Source: Camelus dromedarius | Lineage: Eukaryota | Assembly (NCBI RefSeq): GCF_036321535.1 | Contig: NC_087436.1 | Coordinates: 108,378,001 to 108,442,000 of the forward strand | DNA length: 64,000 nt | Direction of reading: 5' to 3' | Shown: piece after piece, positions 24,876 through 37,560 of the stretch | Layout: the number at the start of each line of letters is the position of its first letter | Position numbering within the stretch: position 1 is the first letter of the stretch | The notes under the pieces: model-generated | Told to the model about the DNA's origin: nothing | Database searches by the model: none | The model's input: the letters and a program-made list of their open reading frames with translations, nothing else | Position numbers and translations under genes: made by a program

Positions 24876-26504
24876 ACAGTCAAAATAATCTTTGAAAATC
24901 CTTTCGAACCACCCATAAAGCATAGCATAGATGTGCTGTTTCTCATTAACTCCTCCACGGCCAGGTGCTCTTCCATTATAATATGTCACTGTTTCTTCAT
25001 TAGGGTCATGTTGTATGAAAATGCATATTTTAAACACTAGACTTGTATGCAGTATGGCAATATGCTCTCACTCTAAAAGGCATGTGGAAACTGAAACTGA
25101 CAGAGAAAGTGTGAATTCACTTCTCCCCTGTTACACACATTTAGGGCCGAGCATTCACTCAGTGTAATGAGATGGTTTTGCCTGAGCTGGAGGGTTTAGA
25201 AATCCTCATCTCAAAGAGGAAGGCACTTTAATCCCTGCATCCAGGGAAAGTAACTGACTAAGGCTGTCCTGTTGTTCCAGGAGGGCTGCCCCTCTTCCAC
25301 CAGTGGGCAGAGTTTCTCATCTATGCTGGTTCTGATAATCATTCCACAACTCTGAATTTCCCTGGCACCTTAAATTATGTTCACGATTTATACTTGCAGC
25401 GTCCAAACAGGGCAGAGTTTAAAAGTCTGTTCTATTACTTACACTTTTACCCAGTAAACTACTGGCTGGGAGCATAGGGAAAGGATTTCTGTGGAAGGAA
25501 TGGCATGTAGATAAGTGAGAAGAAATGATAGATGACTCAAGTAGCCTTTGATGTATAATTCTTAACTAAAATGTTAGTGATAACCTGGTGTATCCATATC
25601 AGTTTTCTGAGGTTTCCCCAATAATTGTTTAGTAATGATTAAGTGCCAACATTGATGAATAGTTTACTTTATTGAATAAATTAGAGTGGTTACTCCTCTA
25701 ATTACAACACTCTTTTATTTTGATACACACTGTTGAGAGAAGAAGGAGGTGGAAGTATAGGCAGCTGGCTGGGGATTGCACGTAACCTTGGTGCACCCAC
25801 GGGAGTGTTTCCTAGGCTAGGAACTCTTTCATTATGTAAATCAGCACAGAAACATAAGGTTGAGAATGCTGTTCTAGCTCCTTAGATCAAAGTTAATGTC
25901 CCTGAGAACTCCATCCCTCGTGCTTGCTTCCCCCATACTTTATGACCCTGGAGAGCTGATAGAAACATTTCCTGTGACATCAGCTACTTGTTATTGCAAT
26001 CTGTCATCCACACCATGTGAGTCATGGGAGAGCTGTGGGTAAACTGTCCCTTCACCCTCCACCCTTAGGAACCCAGAAGTCCTCAGAGACTGGTGGCTGG
26101 CCATGTTAGCAGTCCATACATGTCACAAGGTGCTGTCAGTCATTGATGAGAGTCTCTGTTCCTTGTAAGGACCCCCAGATTTCTTACTGGGGTCTAAGTG
26201 TATTTTCTGGTGCCAGGGGAATCCTCATTGCACGTTAACTACTGCCTCATTAAAGGTTTATAAAACAAGTTGCTAGATGACACGTTGCATGTACTATACC
26301 ACTAGTTTAATCCTTAAAAACAGCCCTTGTTGTGCCCCTGCCTGACAGCAGTGCCTCCAACAACTCCCCTATTTCGGCCAGAGCATGTCTGGACCTTGGC
26401 CTACCATGAAAGCATTTTGTAAACTGACTCCATGTACTCTTCTGCATTCCATATAGCAGACATTCAATATATACAGGAGGAATAAGTGCATTTGTTCTTC
26501 ACTG

Positions 26505-26730
26505 ATAAAATAATAATAGCAAATATTGACTGAGTGTTTATAATGTATTAGTTTATCTGTTTCTTTGAGACTTGCAATAACCCCATGAGTCAGATACTAG
26601 TATTATTCCTATTTTGCACTTAAGGAAACAGGTTAAGTGACTTGGCCAATGTTATTATTAAATTACCAAGTGGCCAAGGCTCTGACTTGGCCAGACTGGC
26701 TGTGGAATCCAGCCTCCTGAACACTGTCTT
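26505..26730 (-). mobile_element. MIR
   Basis: 'tattattcctattttgcacttaaggaaacaggttaagtgacttggccaa'. Confidence 0.7.
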
Positions 26731-28240
26731 GTACTTACTGTCCAGAGGCTCAGCCAACTCCTCCATTCCCACCACAGTGCCTTGGTGGAAACCATTCTCC
26801 CAGCAGGGAGCACCCTGCCCACTCATTCCGCCTGGCCAGCTCCCACCAGCCTATCAGAACCCAGCTTTATCCCTGTTCTGCCATGCAGACATCTCAAATG
26901 CTCCAATCCACAGCTAACCCTCCTTCCCCAGAACTCACAGGATTCATTTTCTGCACCAGTTCTTTTGGCTCCCAGCATATGCCAGATGGTAAAGTCTTTA
27001 GATTGTTGCTTTGTATTATTTTGTAACTCAATAAATGTGGAATGAATAAATAAAATATTACAAAGCAGCATTGAAGTATCTCAGAGTGATATATTCTGGC
27101 TCCTTGTTTACAAATCCCTTAATGTGCTTCTCCATATAGTCTTTGCTGTTCAGACAGATCTGTCTTCAGGTGAATTGGTTCAAGGTTGGAATGAATTGGC
27201 TAAGGCAGTGTCGGTCATTTGCAGGGAGAGACTGTTATGTTAGGTATGGGCTTTGCTATCTGACTCCCAAACAAGATGAACCAGAATGGAACCACAAGAT
27301 AGAATGCTGCATTTTCTGTGCGGTAAGAACACAGGCTAGAATATAAATGGGGCTGGTTACGTTTTACTTCCACAGAGGAGTGGTTCGCTAGAACTCTGGT
27401 TTCTGTGCGGTATAACCTAGCAGAGACATCGGTGTCTGTTTTGTAAGCTTTTGATAACTTAACTTGGGGAACGGGTCTACTGAGGAAAGCTGTTCTTTTC
27501 ATCACTGAGGATTGTTAGGGCCTTGGTAGTAATGTAAATTCTCGGTTAGGGCCACAGCACCTGGAAAGGCAGGCAGGGATGGCCCTAGTCAAGAGACGCA
27601 GCAACCTAATTACCAGTCAACATCGATGCTCCTGAAATCCAGATAAGGTCATGTGTGTTTCTGGGTTCCACTGGGTAACCCCTCTGTCCCTCACAGTCGA
27701 CCTTCCTGGGTGGATGAGAATACCTTTCCTCTTTCATCTCCTTCTCCTTCCTTCTCCTCTAAACCCTTCATATCTTTTTCAGACCCATGCCCCGTGTCTC
27801 AAGCACAGTCCTCAAAAGGCCTGCAGGTTCTAATGCTGCTCTTGAGTCCACTTCATTGAGAAGTTTGGGGTCCTTACAGTATGCCTGGTAGAAGACTTTA
27901 AAGCTTTTCTGATTCTATCATGTGAATGAAACAAACTGATGTTTCTGCACTTAATACAATTTATCATAGCATAATTTTGATATATTAGGACATTGATAAT
28001 ATTCTGTTTCTAATCTCTCTATGACTCCACATACCAATGGGGAAATGAGTGTTAGGAGAGAAAGGGATGAAGAGAAATTGTCATCAGACCACAAAAAAGA
28101 TGATGATGTTGATGGTAAAAAATTAAGTACCAAGCTTCTACTAAGGGCTTTGTATGTAATGTATCTCATTTAAATAACACAACACCCATGTTTTACCGAC
28201 GTGTGTTTGAGCATTAGATGCAGTAAGATTATCAGTAACC

Positions 28241-28762
28241 TGCTGTGGTCCTTGGCTAGTTTGTTCTCAGGTCCATTTCCTGCTCTTCCCTTGCTCAGAT
28301 CTACATCATAAGGAACTACATTTCAGATTGTTTTGCTGGCAGCCTTGTGGCTAGGTTCAACCTTGTGGAATATCCTGGAGGGGACTGGAGGGTGGGAGGG
28401 AGGAGCCAGGGTATCTCCCATCTCTTGCCTCAGCAGTGTCTCTGGCAGTAGCATCTCCTCTGTGGCTCCAGCTCCCTCTGGATAATCCCATCCCCTGGGA
28501 TGCCAGCTGCCACCAGGCTCCTATAACATCACCTCCTCCTTTTGATCCTCTGGCCATGGGGAGGATTGTGTTTTCCTCCATCTGGCTGTGGCTGTCCTCT
28601 CCCTAGCCCCGTTGCTCACTGTTTGGCTTCTAACATTAGTAATATTAATTGCTACTTAGTATTATTAATTAACATATGTAGTATTCCTTATATTAAATCT
28701 TTTTGGTTTAAAATACCTAAAGTGTTTTTTTTTTCTTTACCGGGCTCTGTCTGACTCACTCA
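28241..28762 (+). mobile_element. ERVL solo LTR (LTR33-like) inserted into a minus-strand MIR (about 28105-28848)
   Basis: 'ggagggaggagccagggtat...ctcctctgtggctccagctccc' and 'ttaaatc...aaatacctaaagtg'. MIR halves 'cagtaacc' and 'ggtcacacagctag' flank it. Confidence 0.75.
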
Positions 28763-29060
28763 CCACAGGTCACACAGCTAGAAGATTACAAGACTAGACT
28801 GTAACCCATGTGTGTCTAACCTCAGACATATGTTCTTAGCCACTGTACTTATCTCTTGGAACTTAAATTTAAAAATAAGTAAAACAATACTTAATTTTAT
28901 GCCTAGATGTATGAATTTTACTATTAAATGTCATCTTGATTTGGTGACATTTGATTGTAGCTAAAACCTGAAGCCAGGAGGTGCAGTGTTAAGTCATCTT
29001 TTGCATCACAGAAAATCTACAGTTGCTTGCTTAAATTGTGTGGCGTAAAGTTTTGCTCCT

Positions 29061-29202
29061 CAAAGTATGGTCTTAGTTCCAGCAGGATTAATATCACCTG
29101 GGAGCTTTTTAGAACAATGCAGAACCCTGAGTCTCATCACAAAATGTGTTTTAACAAGATCCCCAGGTGATTTATATACACAGTAAAGTTTGAGAAATAC
29201 TG
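29061..29202. mobile_element. MER5A-like hAT-Charlie MITE
   Basis: 'atcacctgggagctt...aatgcaga...ttttaacaagatccccaggtgattta...aaagtttgagaaatactg'. Confidence 0.85.
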
Positions 29203-30134
29203 TACTAAAAGAATGTGATTTGAGTAAACAATAAAGCAAAAGCATCCTTAAAATTTAAAGGCTAGGACCGTTAAAAAGTTTGTAACTCTGTGTTTTTCCA
29301 AATTTAACAGCCACTATGTTCCAGCCTTCATCCCAGCTTACAAATGAGTTATGTTCAACATTCTAGTTGTTGGTACAATTTTGGAATTCATTTTCTCATA
29401 AGAACTGTGTTATGGATCTGGTAGGTTTAAAGGCTGGCCCATTAGAACTTAGGTTAAATCATGTTGTGATGAATATCAGGTTAATTTCAAAGGAGAAGAA
29501 AAATCTCTCTTTTCTTGGATACAAAGTTTTTTATTTGTTTGTTCTGCACACTTTGGCATCATGCTACTTCACTGAGGGTCCCTCTCTCCCACTTGATCAT
29601 TACTTTCCTAATTGTCAGCTCTCTGTGGCCCAGTCCCACTGTGTCCCTAGAGTGCTCCAAATGGAGCTACTGCCATGCTGCCTTCATTAATTCCTGCATT
29701 TCTTAGCACAGGTCATTTTAGCAAGGAGTTATTATGAAAGTAATGAACTTTAATTGAAACTAATGAGTGGATAACTATCATTTAAACATCCTTAGAGGAA
29801 TTTACATATTTATAACGGAGTAGTTGTTAGCACAATTAAATCTCTAATTTATGGAAATTCACATAGTGTAATAAATGGAACAGGAGCAAGTTCAAGAACA
29901 CGGAGGCGACTTGGTGAGAAGGCCAGCTCTCCTTGGGAGCACACCCGTGAGGACTCCCCAGTCACTTTCCTTGGCAGTCACAGCTTCTTTCCTTCAGCTG
30001 CTCTCAACTTGTTGATGTCATTGTTCTTTTTACAGTGGTTCCACTGACATAGGACAGATTTCCTGTTTGAATATGTGATTCTCTTATAATTCAGGGTTAC
30101 CTGTAATGTAAAAATCAATCGACTGTTTCCTTAC

Positions 30135-30680
30135 TATATTAGTTATCTATCATTATGTAACAGATTACCCCAAACTTAGTGGCTTAAAACAGCAAAACTT
30201 TCTCATCTCCTGATTTTCTGAGTTATCTGGGTGGTACTGACTCCGTGTCTGTCATGAAGTTACAGTCAAGCTGGTGCCTGAGTCAGCGGTTCCTTTAATT
30301 TTTGACTGAAGGAACATCCACTTTCAAGTTCACTCTAAGTTGCTGGTGGGACTCAGCTCCTTGCCACGTGGGCCTCTCCAGCAGCTGTCTGAATGTTCTT
30401 ACACATGGTACCAGCCTTCTGTCTTCCAAGGGCTACTTCATGACATGGTAGCTGGCTTCTCTCAGAACCTGGAGAGACAGAGAGAGAGAGAGTGCACCCA
30501 AGATGGAGGCCACAATCTTTTTATAACCTAATCTCCAAAGTGATACCTTCCCACTTTCTGCAGTAACCTGCTTTCTGGAAGCAAGTCACTAAGTGAAGCC
30601 CACATTCAAGAGAAGAGGGTTACACTGTACCTAAGGAGAAGAGTATCAAAAAATGTGTGGACATATGTTTAAAACCAACA
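30135..30680 (-). mobile_element. MaLR solo LTR, MLT1F/G-like
   Basis: 'tattagttatctat...gtaacagattaccccaaacttagtggcttaaaaca', 'ccacgtgggcctctcca' and 'aagcaagtcactaagtgaagcccacattcaag'. Confidence 0.82.
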
Positions 30681-30839
30681 TACCTACATAATAAGTGGGT
30701 GCAGTGACCAGGTCGTTCTATCAGATTTGAATTCTTTAGCATTTGTGCCTCTAGCGTGTCAGTATTCAGTTAGAGCACTGTCATAGGAGTCAAGATCTGT
30801 TGTTAGTCCTAGATCCTACTTTTGCTAGCAGTGTGATCT

Positions 30840-30905
30840 TTTGTGGGAGGAGGTGAGCTCCACATCCTTCTAGTCTGCCATCTTGAAGCCCTTCCAAGAT
30901 AAGAT
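30840..30905 (-). mobile_element. Tailless L1 5'-terminal fragment inserted in a MIR (about 30765-31070, +)
   Basis: Minus strand reads 'cttcaagatggcagactagaaggatgtggagctcacctcctcccacaaaa', like an ungulate L1 5' start. Flanked by CTAGCAGTGTGATCT (30825-30839) and CTAGCAATGTGACCT (30906-30920). Confidence 0.65.
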
Positions 30906-31254
30906 CTAGCAATGTGACCTGAAGAATAACCTAATTCTTTGTGGAGGTGGGAGAGAGGTTCTTATTTCCCTTCCTGGAAACTGGACATATTGATGCCTGT
31001 TCTGCCTAAATGTCAGGAACGTTGTGAAGCTCTAATGAGATAATGGATTTGAACATACTCTGGAATATGCCAGGCCAGCAGCAGTGCTGGGGTTGATTTA
31101 CTCCATCTTCTCTACTTCTTGCATCATAACTACTGTCTGGGGATTAGAGGGGCTTAGTAAATCCCCTGTTTTCTCCTTTGGATTAGTGGCTGCTTCTTTT
31201 AGGTTCAATAAATAAAGCTTTTCTATCCTACTGTTTTATTTTTCCAAAGACCCT

Positions 31255-31610
31255 TTGTATTTTCTATTTTTAGAGTAGTTCAAGTTTTGCAACAGAATTG
31301 AGAGAAAGGTGTAGAGATTTCCCATATACCCTCCTACCCTCACACATGCCTAATATCATTTACCAGGATGGTGCGTTTGTTACCAAGGATAATCTTACAA
31401 TGACATAATCACCCAAATCCATAGTTTACCTTAGGGTTCACTCTGGTGCTGTACAGTCTATGAGTTTGGGCAAATGTGTAATATTTATGCCCATCATTAT
31501 AGTGTCAGAGTATTTTCACTCTCAAAATTCTCTGTTCTCTGCCTATTATTTCTCACATTCCAACCCTGGTGACCGCTGATAGGTTTATTAGCCCCATAAT
31601 TTTGCTCTCC
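31255..31610 (-). mobile_element. L1MC1-like 3' end
   Basis: 'agatttcccatatacc' and 'ccatagtttaccttagggttcactct'. Same family as 39360-39578 in the opposite orientation. Confidence 0.75.
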
Positions 31611-32264
31611 CACTAGATTTTAAAGTCTCTATCAATCTTCACAATTTGATCTGTAAGAACTTTGGCTACTGAAAACCCTACTAAGGAATGTGTTCATGGA
31701 TCTAATGCCATGTACTCAGATGGCCTCAGGGCTAATTTTATTCCTTATCCTTCTACATAGTTCTCTTGACCTTTCTTTTTCCATAGTGAAAAAGCCATAC
31801 CAAGTCTTCTCTTCCTGGCAACTCAGTGTCCCTTTCAATAGTCCATATTTGAAGGATTCTAATAATCAGGCTCCTTACCCAACACCTTAATTCGATTTGT
31901 AAATTGCTCTGCTAGACTTGCCAGGTCCTGTGGTTACAGGAAAGTTTTCTTCTTATTCTTATTGACTGAACTTCTGGTCCTTTGTCAATAAATGTTCTCT
32001 CAAATGATTGTATGCTAAATTCTTTGCCTATTGCTAACCTGTTTCTCTAAGCAACCATACTCCTATGTGATGAAGTGGAAATGGCAGGGCAATGGGATGG
32101 ATAGACAAAAAACTGGTAATTTACTAATTGCAATGTTTACTGGTGTTCCCATTGGTAAAATGGAGTTTATAGCATTTGCCTTAGAGTGTCATGAAAATTT
32201 AATGAGTTAAAAACAATAATTTTCTTCCTCCCTTTAAGTTTCAGGTGTGGCAGGGAGGATTGGC

Positions 32265-32405
32265 CTGAACCAGAATTAGCTAGGGAGATTTTAAAATGCA
32301 CATGTTGAAGCTTCTCCTAAGAAAAATTCTGGTGGTGAAGTTAGAGAATGTGCATTTTGTACCCTCTGGTGATTCTCATGGACAATAAAGTTTGAGAATT
32401 ATTGC
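32265..32405. mobile_element. MER5-like MITE
   Basis: 'cagaattagctagggagattttaaaatgc...ggtgattctcatg...aaagtttgagaattattg'. Confidence 0.6.
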
Positions 32406-34503
32406 TCCTAGGGAAATGCCCTGGGCTCACAGGTCCTGGAAAAAAGATTCATCGACAAGTAGCCTTTTTATTCTATGGGTTGAATTGTATCAGGGTTAAT
32501 AAAGAACAGGCTTAGTCTGATACAAGCCATTTTACTGACTGACAGGGGAGAATATACTTGGAAGTAGGGGTTGTGTGACTCCCTGAAGAGCCGCCTTCCC
32601 TGTCTAAAGTAGAAATCTCCCAAGTACATGGATTTCTTTCTTTCTGGAATTTCACTGACGTCTCTTCTGACCTTTTCTAGGAGAACCTACCTAATACATC
32701 CTTGACTTTTCAATACTTCGGCTTTCAGTGCATTTGTGACCTCATTTACCACCTTAACTCCAAGTACATAATGTACATTTTTATTGACTTTGGACCTGCA
32801 GAACACATTTATTTAAGTCTATTTATCATAGACTTAAAAGCAGCTTCTCAACTTCCCTGCTGTCACCAGTATTACGAGAAAATGCAGACTGCTATAATTG
32901 GGTCCATCTTTCACAAACTTTTTCTTTCTCTTATTCACATATTGCTCGTTCCAAGCAGCTGAAAGAATCACTTTATGGAAGTGGATGGCAAGAAGTTGAC
33001 CTTAAGAGGAAAATTCAAGGCTCAAAGAAGATGAGTATTTTTGTGTGTGTGTGTGGAATCTGGCAACATGATTAGATGCTTCATACATGCAATTGTGGAG
33101 AAGAGGGAAGAATAGCATTTTTAGGTGATATAATTCCTTGAGTGGCTGGTAAGGTATTTGTAATTTTACTCAAATGCTTCAAGGGCAGGAGGAAAAAACC
33201 CAGATAAATCAAGAATTATTTGTAAAAGCAAATTAGAAAGAGGACAATGGATTTATAGTTAGAGGAAGTGTGTTCTAGTTCTAATGCTAGCAGTTAGTAG
33301 TTATGTGTCCTTGGAAATATTGTTTAAGCTTTCAGTTTCCTTAAGTGAGAAGTAATGGCAATGTTCTATTCTTGGGTAGTTTAGAGGATTCAGTGAAGTG
33401 GTGTGAAGACTACTGTGCATACTTTAAAATAATGGTTTTCCCTACATTTATTAAAAAATATAAAGCATTAAATTTGTTAATCCCTAGGTGATGAATCAGT
33501 CTCCTGACTGTTTCCCATCTTACCCCTCACACTTGAGATAGAACATTCCTGTCTTACTTACCAAAGACCCCAGCCTCTTAGGTCTGTCCCTCTGGTTGGT
33601 CCTTCTTCTGCTCTTTGGAGTCACCACACTTCTTTCCTTTCCTCCTTCCCTTTCTAGTCTTAGCTAGTTTTTTGTAAAGGAAAAAAGTCAGTTTCAGGTG
33701 TGCATCCAAGACTCCACTTAGGTCTGTGGCTTCTCTGAACCCTTGTTTTGGATGGGTGTGGGGCAGGGGAGAACAGTGACAGGGAACAAAAGCACACTGG
33801 AAACCATCCGATTCAGTGCTGCCAAACAGCACCTTTCTGAGTGCAGATCTTGCATCCTTCCTAGTGTTGAGTTTGCACTGACAAGTCAGCCAACTACTGA
33901 AAGCAGGTGATGGTAGCAGGCTACAGACCAGGTCAGCGATCAAAGAAGAGTGTGGATTTGGTGCCCCCAGAACTGTGGTGATAGTGGAAGCCACGTGGGA
34001 GGACAAGCCCACCCAGGAAGCCCCGAAGAACTGAGGGCCCAGAGCTGAACCAGAGAGGTTTCTGCTCCAGAGGTGGCAGGAGCTCGAAGCCCTGAGGAAG
34101 CAGAGTGGAGAGAAAGAGGGGGAAGAGTCTGCTTCCTTAGCGCTAAGCGTTTCAAGAAGGGAATATTGTCACCATGCCTTCTCTCCTTACTGATTCTCTG
34201 GGTTCCAATAGTTTGCACATCTTGGGATGCAATAAGAATTGTTAATTAAAATAAACTGTTTAAAATGGCATTTTAAACATGATTACGATTTCCCTTAAAT
34301 TATTTTTGATCTGGAAATACTTTTGCCTAAATATATCAAAATACATGTGATTTATCCATGTCTTATACAATTACTTATCAAGTATATGGGAGGGGGAGTG
34401 TCATATTATATCTCATATATCAGTGTGGAAGTGGTGTAACTCTGAGTCTCTGCCTATGTAAGGGACGCAAATGAATGAAAGTTGTAATGTGTCATTGAGA
34501 GCC

Positions 34504-34925
34504 TGTATCAGTTTCTCAGGATGCTCTACCATGTTGGGTAGCTTAAAAAAAACAGAAATTTATTCTCTCTCAGTTCTGGAAGCTAGAAGTCTGAAATCAG
34601 CGTGTCTTCAGGATCATGTTCCTTCTGAGGGCTATAGGGACGAGTATTTTCTTGCCTCTTTCTAGCTTTTAGTAGTTTCCTGCAATCCTTGGTGTTCCTT
34701 GACTTATCACTACATTGTTCCAAACCACTTCTATTGTCATATTTCTTCCCTCTTTGTGTCTTCACAAGTTCTTATAATGTTGTCAGCCATTGGATGTTGG
34801 GCCCACCCTAATCCAGATGACTTCTTAACAAATTACATATGCAAACACCCTGTTTCTAAATAAGGTTACATTCTGAGGTTCTGGGTAGACATGGATTTTG
34901 GGGGTAAATTATCCAACCCAGTACA
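34504..34925 (-). mobile_element. MaLR solo LTR, MLT1C-like
   Basis: TGTATCAGTT...CCCAGTACA termini and 'cagaaatttattctctctcagttctggaagctagaagtctgaaatca'. Confidence 0.85.
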
Positions 34926-35984
34926 CAGACTTTATCTGCCTTATGTACATGTAATGTAGACAGTGTAATGTGTGGATCTGGCCATGTTGAGGCAAACCTG
35001 ATGACTCCACTTAATGATTTTTCTACTGATCCTTCAGTTCCCACACACTTGGCTACTGACTCTCATGCCGGATTGGACCCTTGTCTGTATATTTGAGACA
35101 TTGCATGAAAAACGGAGATACATACTTTTTTTCCCTAAGAACGGGATGTTTTTCTGGTTGTCTATCAGCAGGGTGTGTACTGATTATAGACAGAATTCTG
35201 ACACGTTGATGCCGTTTAGGTGCCCTTAGTAGATGTGTGTGATCTTGACTCTCTGTGGCAGCTATCTTGTAGACTTGCACCTACTATAGCTGCTGCGTGT
35301 GAGATCCTGCCGAGGTATTATTCTATACGTACTAGAACTAAGCAGAGATAATATAAATCAAATTCTGCTCTTTCATGTGCAGCAAGTTTGAATTTAAAAG
35401 ACAGATGGCTTCAAATAGTTTTCTGAAATCAGACCTACAAGAATAATTAGAAGGAATAATCTGGTTAATACTGATAAGATTTTTGAAATGTAAATGGACT
35501 GTTTTTAAATGAGAAGGAATTCATTTAAAAAAAACCTGCCAACAGGTGAGACAATAGATCTTGGAAAGTTTTAGCAGGTCATAAATCTGTAAAGAAGAAT
35601 TACAGGTAAAAAAATTTAATGACTTTGCATGGGCCCAAAATCTTATCCACAGCTCATTGAATAAGGGAGGGGGAAAGAAAAAGAAGTCTTTCTTTTGATT
35701 CATCAGTAAAGAAAAAATTAGGAAAGAATATAGGCTTTGAGACTCAGTTTCCTTTTCAAAAATGGGAAAAATACTACCTGAAGTATAGAGTGATTACAGG
35801 GGTCATGTGAGATAATATTATCCAGAAGGGCATAGAAACTTTACAGAATTAGACAAAAGCAAAGTAATTGAGTGACTGATGAAGATGATAACATGGCAAG
35901 ACTAGAGGAAAACATAGAACATCATGGAAAAAATGACAAAGGACTTTCTATACCATCAGCTCTGTTCTCTCATTGGCACCAGTT

Positions 35985-36500
35985 ATGTAATTTCAAATTC
36001 TGTATCTACCCTAAGAGATATTCTATCGAAATATCAAACTCAACATTCATAAATGCAACGTCTTATCTTCCTTCCTATGGCTTCCTGTGTTTTGCCTTGT
36101 ATTATCTCATTTCTTTTCATGGAAGCAATAATTCAGCCAAGGTTGAATTCATAGGGGATCTTGAATGCTTCTGTCTTTACTTTCTAAAAATAATTTCAAT
36201 TGATATTTCCTCTCTACTATGCCTCCCTAATTCTCTCATCTATTCCCTTTCTGTCCATCTCCACTTAGATCCAGTATTTAGATCTATTACCCACATTCAG
36301 GAAACCATTGTTTCTGTTTTCCTAGTCATTCAGCTTACCAGACTGGGGCCTCCAAACGCCGGGTTTGACTTTGTCATGTCACTACTTAAGTATATTCAGT
36401 TTCTTGATAATGTTGCTTAGTTTTCTGCTTCCTGAGCTGCTCGTCATTGCCTTTCTGTATCCTGTGTTCAGACTAAAGCATTCTACCTGGCATTCCATGA
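35985..36500 (+). mobile_element. L2 fragment; explains the 182-aa ORF 35872-36420
   Basis: 'caaactcaacat' and 'tttgtcatgtcactacttaag'. The ORF has no protein-like character. Confidence 0.45.
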
Positions 36501-36706
36501 ATTAGAACTACGTATCACTGCTCCTATGTTGATTGACACCATTTACTCTGAAATAATTTTGCTGTCGCTCTTACTGTAGAGACTCAGCAGTATTAAGGTG
36601 AACAATATCTATTTTTGTAATTGGGTAACACTGAGCTATCACACTGTCACTTGGTCAAAGTCGACTACGTACGTGCCTCCGACTCTGTAGTGCCCAGAAA
36701 TCACAC

Positions 36707-36708
<2 letters not shown>

Positions 36709-36745
<37 letters not shown>

Positions 36746-36788
36746 GTCTGTCTGCCTGTCTATCTATCTATCTATCTATCTATCCATC
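36709..36788. repeat. (TCTG)n(TCTA)n compound tetranucleotide STR
   Basis: Directly visible. Confidence 0.96.
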
Positions 36789-37560
36789 CAGCAGCAAAAT
36801 ACTTCACCTGTTTAGGGGCAATCCCAAAGGGCTTCCTGGTGGGAAGCAGGGGATAACTCCCTCCCATAGTAGCTCATGGAGTCAAAATATACCCTCAGTG
36901 TTTTTTACTCCCAGGAAGCTGCCTTGAGTTCCTGAGTTTTGCAGTGGCTAGCTCTCTAGCTCTCTTCTCGATTCTACAATTCTGTATACTTCCAATACAC
37001 TCCTTTTCTGCTTGTTTGTCAGATTAATTTGTGTTTAATCAAGTATAATGAAAAACATCTGAGTAGCAGAATCAGAGATGACTCTTAGTAGGTACAGCAT
37101 TTGATCTGGGCTATGAAGGATTAACGTGTCCTTGCAGGAATAGATATAACATTACTGATCATACATTAATATAATGATTTTGGGGCAAAAGTTACTGAAT
37201 GGTTACTGTATGTTAAGACTTTCATTCATTTTGTTTTTAACTTTCAAAGTAACTCTTTAGTAATGGTATATAGCAGGCACTGTTAGTTGCCTATCAAAAT
37301 TTTATTTTGACATCTTTCTTGGTAAGAGAATCCTGACTTTCTTTGGGGTAGCAATGTACTCAACAAAAGTATTGGTCTTCCAGTTTTCCATGCCAAAAGC
37401 GATGGTCATGTTTCTTAGTTTTGGCTAGTGGGACTTAAGCGACAGTCCATTGAATAGAACACCCTTCTAAATAAAAATACAAACTATTGCAAAGGGAAAT
37501 ATTTTGGCCCCTTCTCCCTTGTTTCTACTTCAACTCAAAGCTACATATCAAGAATGACAG

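Noticed and set aside
32655..32962. Good acceptor (ctgaccttttctAG at about 32680) followed by an open frame
   Set aside because: No matching donor and an unrecognised peptide. Isolated acceptors are common.
35872..36420. 182-aa ORF
   Set aside because: Non-ATG start, overlaps probable L2, and the composition is that of AT-rich non-coding DNA.
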